NCBI RefSeq assembly: GCF_006345805.1
Contig: NW_021835349.1
Span: forward strand, 1-47,199
Length of the DNA stretch: 47,199 bases
Direction: 5' to 3'
Source: Octopus sinensis
Taxonomy: Eukaryota
A program made the translations under genes and the position numbers. Numbering within the stretch: the stretch's first letter is position 1; the number at the start of each line of letters is the position of its first letter. Under the pieces are notes generated by a model. It did no database searches. It saw only the letters and a program-made list of their open reading frames with translations, and was not told the origin of the DNA. Below are positions 13,361 through 24,620 of the stretch, in pieces.

Positions 13361-13532
13361 TATTATTATTATTGAGTGAGAGATCAGTGCATGCCATCAA
13401 AGTGACGCTGGGGTAAAATATACGAAGCCCAATATACCCATCATGACTACCCGTCTGATAAGGGTACACCAGGCACATGCATCACAATCATTATTATTAT
13501 TATTATTGTTATTGTTGTTGTTGTTGTTGTTG

Positions 13533-13563
<31 letters not shown>

Positions 13564-13600
13564 ATTATTATTATTATTATTATTATATTATCATAATTCA
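13298..13600. repeat. (ATT)n/(GTT)n tracts enclosing a 115-bp non-simple unit (13374-13488)
   Basis: Direct reading. Confidence 0.9.
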
Positions 13601-13644
13601 AAAGCTAATATATGCTAATTTAATATGAACGTTGAAAAACGGAA

Positions 13645-14995
13645 TGGAGAGGTAGCTAGGTGAGGAGCTCATATAGGCAGAACTACTCAAAGCAGATGTG
13701 GGATTCACAACTGGAAATGTGAAACAGATTATGGATGAAGTCTGGAGGCAGGAGAAAAAGCTGTGAGGTAGCCCTAATTCTGAAGCTCCCTAAAAAAAGG
13801 TGATCTGAAGCACTACAATAACTGGCGAGACATTTTCATGCTTCTTGTTGGAAGCAAGGTTCTGGAATTGACACTAATTGAGAAGGTCAAAATAGGGGGT
13901 GGCAGCAGGGTGGGGAAGAAACAGGCTGTATATAGGGCAGGAAGAGGTAACACAGAACAAATCTTCATACAACATAATATTACCACGCATTCGAATGAAT
14001 GGCAATCGTCTTTATATATCATCTTCGTCGGCTTTGAAAAAGCCTTCAATTCGGTGCACAATAAAAGCTTTTGGGTTTCAATGAAGTCGTACGGTACTCC
14101 AGAGAATATTATCGGAGAAATGAAAGTTGCCTGACAACTTCGACTGTGCATTTATTGATTTGAGTGAAACCACAGACTACTTTAAGATCAGAAAGGGAGT
14201 GAAACAGAGCACAATATGTCAGCTTTCTATTGCTTTTCGTCATCTTCTGGATTATGAAGAGAACGATAGAAAATGGGGAGAATGGCATCAGATGGAAGTT
14301 CACCATGAAACTTGACTACATTAACTTTGCTGATGATATCGCATAGTTGTCATAACCGCCCCACTAAAAAATTAAAATAAAACAGTAAATTCAACAGAAC
14401 ACGGACGGACTGGCAGAGAATAGACTAGGCACACTTCAGAATAGAAACACAGAAAGTACCAGTACCAGATCCTGAAAATTAATGCCAAAGATGCAGAAAA
14501 AATTACGATCAATAGGGAGACATTGGAAGATATCTACAGGTTTGAATATGGAGGAGTTTTTATCTTTAACGTTGGAAGTAGTATGTAGCCGGAAAACATA
14601 CTTGAATAATATCGGATCACGTTCAGTCTTCTCAAGAGCATCTGAGGTTCCAATGGTTCTGCTGAAACCTGGAAAATGACAAAAGAAGTCAAGAAAAATT
14701 TGGACGTCTTCCCGGCCAGATCTAACATAGATACTTAGAATATGGTGAAAAGATCACACAAAAAATGAAACCGTGTTGGAGCTGAGAAGGCGAGTATGAG
14801 CAGTGAAGAATGGAGAAAGAAATAGCTACAACCTGAATAAAGATCCCAACAGCAGGCGTACTACAGCCATGACTCGGGCTCCCGAAAGAAGAAGGAAGCG
14901 GGGGAATACCTAACAAGAACTGATGAAAAAGAGAGATAGGCTAGTGTATAGGGAACGTAGAATCAAGTGTGAAACACAGCCATCGCTAGAGCAAC
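13645..14995 (+). pseudogene. Decayed RTE-clade LINE reverse transcriptase
   Basis: LKLPKKGDL..YNNWR, KQAVYRAGRGNTEQIF, SLYIIFVGFEKAFNSV, KGVKQ, DYINFADD (~14315-14340) and a C-terminal TRAPERRRKRG-like segment; frameshifted. Confidence 0.9.
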
Positions 14996-15069
14996 ATGGA
15001 GAGAAAAAGAGAGCGAGAAAGGGAAAGAGAGAGGAAGAAAAAGAGAGAAAGGGAGGAAGTTTTATATAT

Positions 15070-15355
15070 ATGTTTCTTTATTAGCCACATAGGGCTGCAC
15101 ACAGACGGGACAGATTACAAAGTAGAGCTTTTCTTTTTTGGGGAAAGAAAAAAAATGTGGGTTAGGTTTTCGATCAAAAGGGATCGTAAAAGGGAAAGAA
15201 GAAAAAAAAAAGAAAAAAAGGAAAAGAAACAAAAGAAAAAAACGATCAATAGGGATCGTGTATCACAGTGTCATGATGTAAAGTGTAAAGGGGGAAGCAG
15301 ATAAGGTTTATCCGTGGGAAGAAAAGCCTACGGAAAAGACCACGGTAACCTCGGT
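15070..15355 (-). mobile_element. Putative 3' UTR/terminus of a non-LTR retrotransposon
   Basis: Minus strand ends ...gcagccctatgtggctaataaagaaa followed by (TA)n; the last 42 nt are 33/42 identical to the SINE family 2 tail. No ORF is present to confirm clade. Confidence 0.5.
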
Positions 15356-16274
15356 CAATATTGTTACATGTTAAAGTTTTATATATAATCTAAGCACGAA
15401 GTGAGGAGGAGAAGGCCCTATTGATATTACTTTTATAGTGACGTGCATTGTACTTTGTGAGGTGTGTCCCAGTGCTAATTTCTGTAGCTCTATCTTCATT
15501 TTAGAAAAAAGGTGCAGCGTATCTTAATACTAGCATGCTCCATGAATTGATTGCTTTGATAACATTCCCTTTCAGAGGATATTTAGTTAATGCAACTTGG
15601 CTGATCGAAAGACTTGACTTGAAGAGAGTAATAATGAAAGAAGAAAAATCCTTAGCCAAAAGACCGAGAGATGAGTCAGTCTTAGAGGTACCAAGTCACG
15701 TTATCGACCAAACTAATCGGTGTGCGATGACACAGCCGTCGCATCGGCGTTATGAGTCAGTGGATCGAAAGACCAATGCAGTGGCAAGCGGAAGCTGTCA
15801 AGAATGCGTGAAGAACTAAAAGAACTTTCGTCACGCGAGACAAAGTATTAAGTGCAAATGTTTTCACATTTTGGTTTAAATTCGGAGCGAGAAAGCACAC
15901 GGGGTTCGTTTTCGTTAATTTGCGAACAACAAAAGAATCGCAAAAGTGAAGGAGATGGATGTTTCACTGGTGGCTGCCAGAGGATATCTTGACCAGAGGC
16001 ATAAAAAACAACAAAAAAAAAACCAACAAAACAACAAAAAACAAAAAACAAAAAAACAAAAACAAAAAAACAGGACGGCGTGGAGTTTTTAAACCAAATG
16101 AATCAAAAGAAGCTCGGAGTCAACTTCGAGCTAATCGGATTGCTGAATGGCACCAGTTTGATAGTGAGGTCAGAGGGTCAGATTTGCGGTGCGCCCGACC
16201 CCCAAGGCTTTTCTGTTGGTTGACAGCGCAAAGGGAAATGAAAGAAGATTCCTACTGCTATCGACGTTACCTGA

Positions 16275-16620
16275 TAAACAGGAACAACAACAACAGCAGC
16301 AGCAGCAACAACAACAATAATAACAGCATACAATCCCCTGTGTAATAAACAACTGCAATAGTAAAATAAACAGCAGCAGCCATGATGAGAGCAGGAATAG
16401 CAGCTAAAGCAGTAACAACAGAAACAACAACAGCAGTAGCAGCAGCAGCAACAGCAGCAGCAACAACAATAACTCCAAACAAAGCAACAACGAAGCTCTG
16501 TATGAGAACAACAACAACGAAAACAACACCAAGCACAGCAACAAAAAAGCTCCCTTAGAGAACAACAACAACAAACAACAAGAGCAACACCTCCAGCATC
16601 AGCAACGTAATCGTCCGACC
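16275..16620. repeat. Cryptic (CAA/CAG/AAC)-rich low-complexity tract
   Basis: Direct reading. Confidence 0.8.
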
Positions 16621-16952
16621 CCAAACACAACACCATAAATCCTATCCTTTTCCGCCATCAAATCACTCAGAGTTGTCCTGCAATGGGGACGATAAAGATG
16701 AAAAATGGAAAACTGTCCCACTAAGAAGAAAAGGAGAAAACAAACAAAACAAAACTTGCTCTCATAAAAAAAAAGTCGGTGATCGCTGCCTCTTCCATCT
16801 TCCTCCACTATTCACAGACAACATCGACTCTGCAAACATCACAACAGACACAAACAATATTTACATCCAAACCGACCAAAAGAGCACCAGTAAAAAAAAC
16901 AACCATAAACAACACGGTCATACTGACAGACAAAGAATTCATGTATATCTAC

Positions 16953-17141
16953 GTGGAGCGCTTGGCTGAGTGGTTAGGATGTTGGACTCGTCATCGTAAG
17001 ATTGGGGTTTCGATTCTTGGACCGGGTGAATCGTTGTTTTCTTCAGGAAAAAAACCCCCACTTCATTTCACATTACTCCAGTCTACTCAGCTGGTGAAAA
17101 TGAATAATCATGCGGGGGACCAGCGTCATGTCCAGGGAGGA

Positions 17142-17142
<1 letters not shown>
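16953..17142 (+). mobile_element. tRNA-derived SINE family 4 (decayed)
   Basis: A-box TGGCTGAGTGG, B-box GTTTCGATTCT, followed by cacttcatttcacattactccagtctactcagctg; ends at (TA)n. Confidence 0.7.
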
Positions 17143-17178
<36 letters not shown>

Positions 17179-17321
17179 AGATAAACTGGGGTACAGATCC
17201 TATACTACTTCAGCAGTAAGTTGGAGTGTGACCATGTAATCAACACACAAACATTACAATGACTGCATTACGTCAAAAACATAATATAACATGTATAAAT
17301 CCTTAAAAAGAACATAAGAAA

Positions 17322-17464
17322 CCTACCTACCTACCTACCTACCTACCTACCTACCTACCTACCTACCAAACTACCTCCCTCCCGCCTTCTTCTCTACCAA
17401 CCTTCCATCCGCCTTCATTCCCCCCTTCTTTCTCCCTTCTGGTCTATCTATCTGTCTGTCTGTA

Positions 17465-17521
<57 letters not shown>

Positions 17522-17610
17522 GTCTGTCTGTCTGTCTCTGTCTCTCTCCCTCTCTATCTATCTACCTATCTACCTGTCTGCCTGTCTGTCTGTCTCTATC
17601 TATCTATCTG

Positions 17611-17662
<52 letters not shown>

Positions 17663-17671
17663 CCTATCTAC

Positions 17672-17761
<90 letters not shown>

Positions 17762-17875
17762 GTCTGTCTGTCTGTCTGTCTCTGTCTCTCTCCCTCTCTA
17801 TCTATCTACCTATCTACCTGTCTGCCTGTCTGTCTGTCTCTATCTATCTATCTATCTATCTATCTACATACATAC
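17322..17875. repeat. Compound (TACC)n/(TATC)n/(TGTC)n microsatellite with a duplicated internal block
   Basis: Direct reading; the block at ~17521-17600 is repeated at ~17765-17845. Confidence 0.92.
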
Positions 17876-18219
17876 ATTCCATATATAAGATATTTCTCTC
17901 ACCATTTATATATGTGTGTGTGCGCGCGCGTATGGAGGAGATAGATTATCTATTTATCTATCTATATAGATAGACAGATAGATAGGTAGATAGATAAGCC
18001 GTAAAAAAGAAGAACGACTATGAAATCAATATTTTCAGCGATGTTTTAATGGAGATGATGAACGATAAACGATGAGATAGAAGTTATCTAAAACAATGCC
18101 TCGTGGATTTTTAAGAATATAATTTAACGCTTTATAAAATCCGTATTAATTCTTGATTATCTTAAAAAGAAAATAAAACAAAGTCATTCAAAATTTTGTT
18201 ATACATAATTATAATTATA

Positions 18220-18595
18220 CTAGCACTTTGACCCGGCCACGCCGGGTCATAGTGCTAGTGCATTCATATACAGCTGCGTGCGTGCGCACATACACGCGAG
18301 TACTGTATAAATCTCCGACCAATTACATACAGCTAGCTGGCATTCAATTGGCGTATCAAGTTTTGGACATTTTGATTGGGATTTGGATAGAAAATTCACA
18401 AAAAAGTAACTTCTATTGATTTTTTAATGGCTTTGCTGGGTGACTGGGGAAATGTAAAGATGTGCACGACCACCATTGGACGGTTTTGAATGACCATAGA
18501 AAATACGAGCCCTCTAACTGAAAAATTGTGGATTTGTATAAAGGATACACACACATACACACAGACAGACATTTTGCCGTTTGTATATAGAGAGA
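18220..18595 (-). mobile_element. Non-autonomous Helitron, copy 1
   Basis: On minus strand begins TCTCTCTATAT and ends hairpin-CTAG|T; aligns along its length with 20087-20427 and 22865-23226. Confidence 0.85.
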
Positions 18596-18897
18596 CAAGG
18601 TGAACAATAGATTTTTATTGTTTTCTAAACTTTCATCGTTTATATATTTTTTTGTTTATTTTTCCATGTAAAGTATATCAATAATTTTGTGAAAATTATC
18701 GGTTGCACATACACAGCGTATGTCTTTTGTTTATACGCCAATCTGCCGTGGGACAGCGTCCCGAGAAAGCTAAAACTTCCCACAAAACACTGAATTTTGA
18801 AGAACACTGAAGATCCCAGACAGGCAAGACAACTTTCCCAAAGTGATCGAGAATGATATATATCGATATTTCGCTATCGTTATAGCTCCTCAGTACC

Positions 18898-19255
18898 TAT
18901 TTCTTTACTACCCACAAGGGGCTAAACACAGAGAGGACAAACAAGGACAGACAAACGGATTAAGTCGATTACATTGACCCCAGTGCGTAACTGGTACTTA
19001 ATTTATCGACCTCGAAAGGATGAAAGACAAAGTCGGAATTTGAACTCAGAACGTAGCGGCAGACAAAATACCGCTAAGCATTTCGCCCGGTGTGCTAACG
19101 TTTCTGCCAGCTCGTCGCCTTTTAAATACCTATTTCTTTACCTCCCACAAGGGGCTAAACATAGATAGGACAAACAAGGACAAACAAACGGATTAAGTCG
19201 ATTACATCGACCCCAGTGCGTAACTGGTACTTAATTTATCGACCCCGAAAGGATG
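18898..19255 (-). mobile_element. SINE family 2 tandem insertion (5'-truncated monomer followed by a full monomer)
   Basis: Two copies of the family core; 16-bp TSD atagctcctcagtacc (18882-18897, 19256-19271). Confidence 0.92.
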
Positions 19256-20086
19256 ATAGCTCCTCAGTACCCTTAACTCGATTCACCGCAAAACGAACTG
19301 AATCACCAGTGTAGAACATATATGCAAATCGTGTGAAGTGTATTCGCTGATGTGCTGTAGCATAGCACATGTGAAGCAGAATTAAGTTTAATTTTATCAA
19401 TAATTTTATTTTTCACTTTTATCTTCAGTGCATCAAGATGCCAAGAGAATTATGAGGGAAATCCGTTTCTATTTATAATTCAGACCTTACATTGGTCTGC
19501 GCTTGCACTAGGTTCGATTTAATAGCCCGTACGCTCTTCTAGCAATTTATTGACGCCTTACGTCTATGTTAAAAATCATTATTCTGGCAAAATGAGTTGA
19601 AATAGCACTGGGTCAACAATCCTGTCTTCCATCCATTCGGCATCAATGAACTAAACCACTGGTGTCAATGGTTACGACTATTCTGTCTTCTGGCCAAAAC
19701 AGAAACAATTAACTGGACAGTATAAAAAGTGATGGTTAGTTGGTTAGAACTAAATGTACTTTGCAGTTTATATTCCGAATTGTAACAGGCGCAGTCTTTG
19801 TATTTTGTTTCTTTTGGATCTCGATAAAGTTAAATGTTAATAATGTTAATTTTTATTTTATGCAACTAAGCTGCATTGACTTTTGCAGATCTGTAAGTCG
19901 GAGCTAATTAGGAAAAACAACTGGATCTCATTTAAATCACAACATAACATTTTAAATAAAAGGCACACGGCAGGAGTCGATATAATACGTGATATACAAA
20001 AATATGAGATGCTCACGGTTGGAGAGCTATTGATTGTGAGTGGCATTCTTGTTGAGGGTTGATTTGTGGATGAACGACATCAAAAA

Positions 20087-20427
20087 TCTATATATATATA
20101 AACGGCAAAATGTCTGTGTGTGTCCTTTATACAAATCCAATTTTTCAGTTAGAGGGCTCGCACTTGCTATGGTCATTCAAAACCGTCCAATGGTGGTCGT
20201 GCACATCTTTACATTTCCCCAGTCACCCCGCAAAACCATAAAAAAATCAATAGAAGTGACTTCTTTGTGAATTTTCTATCCAAATCCCAATCAAAATGCC
20301 CAAAACTTGATACGCCAATTGAATGCCAGCTAGCTGTATGTGATTGGTCGGATATTTGGACAGTACTCGCGTGTATGTGCGCACGCACGCAGCTGTATAT
20401 GCATGCAACGCTGGGTCATAGTGCTAG
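20087..20427 (+). mobile_element. Non-autonomous Helitron, copy 2 (left arm of 3' hairpin deleted)
   Basis: A|TC at 5' end, CTAG|T at 3' end, no TSD, colinear with copies 1 and 3. Confidence 0.87.
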
Positions 20428-20767
20428 TTAACAATAAAATGCATAGTTACAACGACATCAGTTTATACCAAATGATGTAGCCTCTACATAAACGGTTCTT
20501 ACAAAAAGTTGCTAAATCTAACTCCAAGTACCACATAAAAGTACAAAGGGTGGAACGATCTTATGACTAAGGCTTCTAAGCGCTGCATGAAATGCTTGGA
20601 ACAACAACTCAGTACTCTTAAATCACACACCGTAAAATCATAATAAAATACATGTTATTACATAATATAGACCATGATGTAGAAAAAGACAGCATTTTTA
20701 CATATGATAGCATGTCTGCACGTTTTAGAGTTGTCATGGGGTAAAAACAACAGCAACAAAAGATTAC

Positions 20768-20803
<36 letters not shown>

Positions 20804-21379
20804 CATAATAATAATAATTACAGGTTCTTCAAATTAAATTTCTGGCTTTGTACCGATGTAAGAAATTACTACCTATGTATGTGTGTGTATGTGTGTGTAT
20901 GTGCGTACGTGTGTGTCTGTGTATATGTACGAGCGAGTATATACTCACACATGCGGAACAAACATACATACGCGCAAATCTACACAAATACACACACACA
21001 TATATATGTTTACACAAATACACACACACATAAACACACACACACACATATATATATAATAAAGAATTAAATAAAAACTTAACATTAATTGGTTTATTCA
21101 ATTAAAATGTTTTCTTTCTAGCAATAATATAAATAAATTCGACTGTTCGAACGGCTGGTTTTAAATTGTTTATTCACTCAACTGTATATTTCACTTTCGT
21201 TTGCTGCTAAAACTAATGTTGTTGTTGTTGTTGTGTCTAGTAGTGGTTTTTTTTGTTGATGTTGTTGTTATTATTACTATCGTTGTTGTTGTTCACGTCA
21301 TTCTTCTTGTCGTCGTTGTAGCAGCTGCTATTAATAATACTGATCTAGATGTTATTACCATTTATCATATCTACAAGAC

Positions 21380-21895
21380 ATAACCACCGCCGCCACCACC
21401 ACCACCACCACCACACCGCGCCACCACCACCCACAACACCACAATCGACCGACACCACCACCACCACCACCGCCGCCACCGCCACCGCCACCACCACCTT
21501 CACCACCACTGACACCACCACCACCACCACACCACCACCACCACCACCACACCACCACCCCACCACAACCACCACCACCGACACCACCACCACCACCACC
21601 ACCACCTCCACCACCACCTCCACCACCACCACCACCACCACCACCACCACCACCACCACCACAACAACACCGCCACCACCACACCACCACCACCACCTCC
21701 ACCACCACCTCCACCACCCCCACCCCCACCACCCCACCACCAACAACACCGCCACCACCACCGCCACCGCCACCACCGCCACCGCCACCACCGCCGCCGC
21801 CGCCACCACCACCACCACCACCACCACTACCACCACCACCACCACCACCACCACCACCACCACCGCCATCACCACCACCACCGCCGCCGCCGCTA
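21380..21895. repeat. (ACC)n/(GCC)n trinucleotide field
   Basis: Direct reading; source of the poly-T/P/H and poly-G/V/W pseudo-ORFs. Confidence 0.95.
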
Positions 21896-22536
21896 CACCC
21901 CACTCAGTACTACTTCACGACTAGTACTACTAATACCACTTCTCCTATGGCTGCTATTATTAATCACGTGGAATTATGCCTCCAGATTAGAATATCTAAT
22001 ATGGCGCTATTACTGTATTTTGCTGACGACGACGACGACGACGATGACGTCAGCAACGATGATGATGATCATCATCATTATCGTCGTCCTCCTCATCCTC
22101 CGTATCATCATCATCATCATCATCATAATGGTGATTATGGCGGTTTGTGATGACAACGTTGATCATAATATATTTTTTTTGTGGATCTGACTTTAATTGA
22201 ATAGATTATCTGGTCCTCTACTCACCCTTTAAGTATAAATACCAGGAATAAAAAAACTATACCAACGATTGTGATTGCAAGATAATTTGTTCGTAGCTCT
22301 ACCAATTTTCACATCTACTAATTTTACTTATATCGCTGTCTAAAGCAATCTGAGGGACAGTGCTTAGTTGATTATGTTTTGATTTAGAGCATCACCAGTA
22401 TCTTATTTTATTAATCTGAGAAGGATGAAAGGCAAATTTGAGTTGGACGGGACTTGAACTCAGAGCCTAAAACCAATACTGCATGATATTGGTTTCAAAT
22501 GTTGGCGCAAGTCCAGAAAGTTCAGGTGAGGGAGAT

Positions 22537-22688
22537 AGTCGATTACATCGACCCCAGTGCGTAACTGGTACTTATTTTATCGACCCCGAAAGGATGAAAA
22601 GCAAAGCCGACCTCGGTGGGATTTGAACTGAGAATTTAAAGACGGCGCATTTTCCCGGTGTGCTAACCATTTGCAAACCCGTTGCCTT
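22537..22688 (-). mobile_element. SINE family 2, decayed copy
   Basis: gtcgattacatcgaccccagtgcgtaactggtactt...gaccccgaaaggatgaaa...ccgacctcggtgggatttgaactga. Confidence 0.8.
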
Positions 22689-22864
22689 ACTGCAAGACAT
22701 TGTTACCTGTCATTCGATGAATTCTGTTCTCGTCACAGCGCCGTTATTTTTATTTTTGAAAATTCATAGTTGAGTCAATAAGGGTGAGGGACTGGTGGAA
22801 CTATGATGTGAACAGAACCTTATGACTCCGTAACTGTAGCCAATTCAGAGAGAGAGAGTCAAAA

Positions 22865-23226
22865 TCTCTCTATATGTAAACGGCAAAATGTCTGTGTGTG
22901 TGTCCTTTATACAAATCCACAATTTTTCAGTTAGAGGTCTTGCACTTTCTGTGGTCATTCAAAACCCTCCAAGGGTGGTGGTGCACATCTTCACATTTCC
23001 CCAGTTACCCCGCAAAGCCATTAAAAATCAAAAGAAGTGACTGTTTGTGAATGTACTATCCAAACCCCAATCAAAATGCCCAAAACTTGATACGCCAATT
23101 GAATACCAGCTAGCTGTATGTGATTTGTCGGAGATTTGGACAGTACTCGCGTGTATGGGCGCACGCATGCAGCTGTATATGCATGCACTAGCACTATGAC
23201 CCGGCGTTGCCGGGTCATAATGCTAG
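22865..23226 (+). mobile_element. Non-autonomous Helitron, copy 3
   Basis: A|TCTCTCTATAT start; 3' stem actagcactatgacccggc-gtt-gccgggtcataatgctag|t. Confidence 0.9.
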
Positions 23227-23498
23227 TATTCAATATTTTACTACTATTTTAATTATGGATCCTGAAAGAGAAAAAAAAAAGTGGGAGTCGACCTCGCAGG
23301 ATTTGAATTCAGAATGCTGATGGCCTGAATAACATAAAAATTGTATCAGACGCTCTACGACTCTACTAATTCGTCACTGATATTATCTTAGTCTTTTATC
23401 TTTTTCTTATTTCAGTCGTTGAACTGGTGCACTACCTTGAATGGTTTAGCCGAGCAAACAAACCCCAGTAAATACATTCTAAGTTTGGAACTTATATA

Positions 23499-23904
23499 GG
23501 CGCAGGAGTGGCTGTGTGATAAGTAGCTTGCTTACCTACCACATGGTTCTGGGTTCAGTTCCACTGCGTGGCAGCTTGGGCAAGTGTCTTCTACTATAGC
23601 CTCGGGCTGACCAAAGCCTTGTGAGTGGATTTGGTAGACGGAAACTGAAAGAAGCCTGTCGTATATATGTATATGTATATATATATATGTGTGTGTTTGT
23701 GTGTCTGTGTTTGTCCCCCTCCCAACATCGCTTGAGAACCGATGCTGGTGTGTTTACGTCCACGTAACTTAGTGGTTCGGCAAAAAAGACCGATCGAATA
23801 AGTACTAGGCTTGCAAAGAATAAGTCCTGGGGGTCGATTTGCTCGACTAAAGGTGGTGCTCCAGCATGGTCGCAGTCAAATGACTGAAACAAGCAAGTAA
23901 AGAG
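23499..23904 (+). mobile_element. Full-length SINE family 1
   Basis: Colinear with 5247-5648. Confidence 0.92.
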
Positions 23905-23949
23905 TTATACTGGTTTCTCTTGCCGAACCACTATATGTACTAACTTGTA

Positions 23950-24340
23950 ATTGTGGCGACATTCACCCTGGGCGGGTTGATTTGGCTTCTTCCACTTATG
24001 GAAGAAGTTTCGTGGGAATATGTGGATTTCACAAGCGGTCCCCAACAATCCCGCATGTGAAGACATCCTGTTTGCCGCAGATTGTCTGCAGACGCAGGGA
24101 CAGAACGACCGACCGAGGAGCCGCCGGTTGCCGAAGAAGACACTCCGAGGATTTTCACCCGGGTTGTGGCCCTAATAACACTCGGTGTCAGACCAATCCG
24201 CCTTGGGTGGCCCTACCAGGTACCAAAGTTCCCGACGGCATAGCTCTGACACTACTCGTTGCCAGCGTCCCCACCACGGTGAGGAGGGGATGGACACCAA
24301 TAACGGCTATGAGGTGGTGGGAGGTAAATGCAAACACAAT
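23950..24340 (+). mobile_element. GC/CpG-rich fragment, possibly the 3' internal end of an LTR retrotransposon
   Basis: Composition contrasts sharply with the window; one frame reads EEPPVAEEDTPRIFTRV (integrase C-tail-like); ends in a purine-rich tract gaggtggtgggagg. No catalytic motif seen. Confidence 0.35.
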
Positions 24341-24388
24341 GACACACATCACGCATACACAGATGCCATCCACATATATCAAAATATA

Positions 24389-24531
24389 TACGATGGGCTT
24401 CCACAGTTTTCGTCTTCCAATTTCACTCACAAGGTATTAGGCAATCCGAGGTTATAGTGAAAAACACATGTATAAAGTGCCCTACAGTAGGACTGAACCA
24501 GAAACTACCAGATTCTTAATCACATAGCCAT
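24389..24531 (-). mobile_element. SINE family 1, decayed 5' half
   Basis: tacgatgggcttcc..cagtttt...tttcactcacaagg...gactgaaccagaaac. Confidence 0.7.
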
Positions 24532-24581
24532 ATTTTTATCGTAGCAAAAAAAAAAAGAAAGCGAAAAACAAAAAAAAAAGC

Positions 24582-24620
<39 letters not shown>

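Noticed and set aside
19429-19480. HQDAKRIMREIRFYL (MAPK-like DAKR.LREI) and, in another frame, CQENYEGNPF (EGF-like) after a strong acceptor
   Set aside because: The kinase-like frame hits a stop with no donor; two conflicting short resemblances indicate chance.
21380-21895. (GGT)n strand as G-quadruplex or mucin-like coding exon
   Set aside because: G-runs are mostly only two long, there are no splice signals, and similar tracts recur (45180-45345) as ordinary microsatellites.
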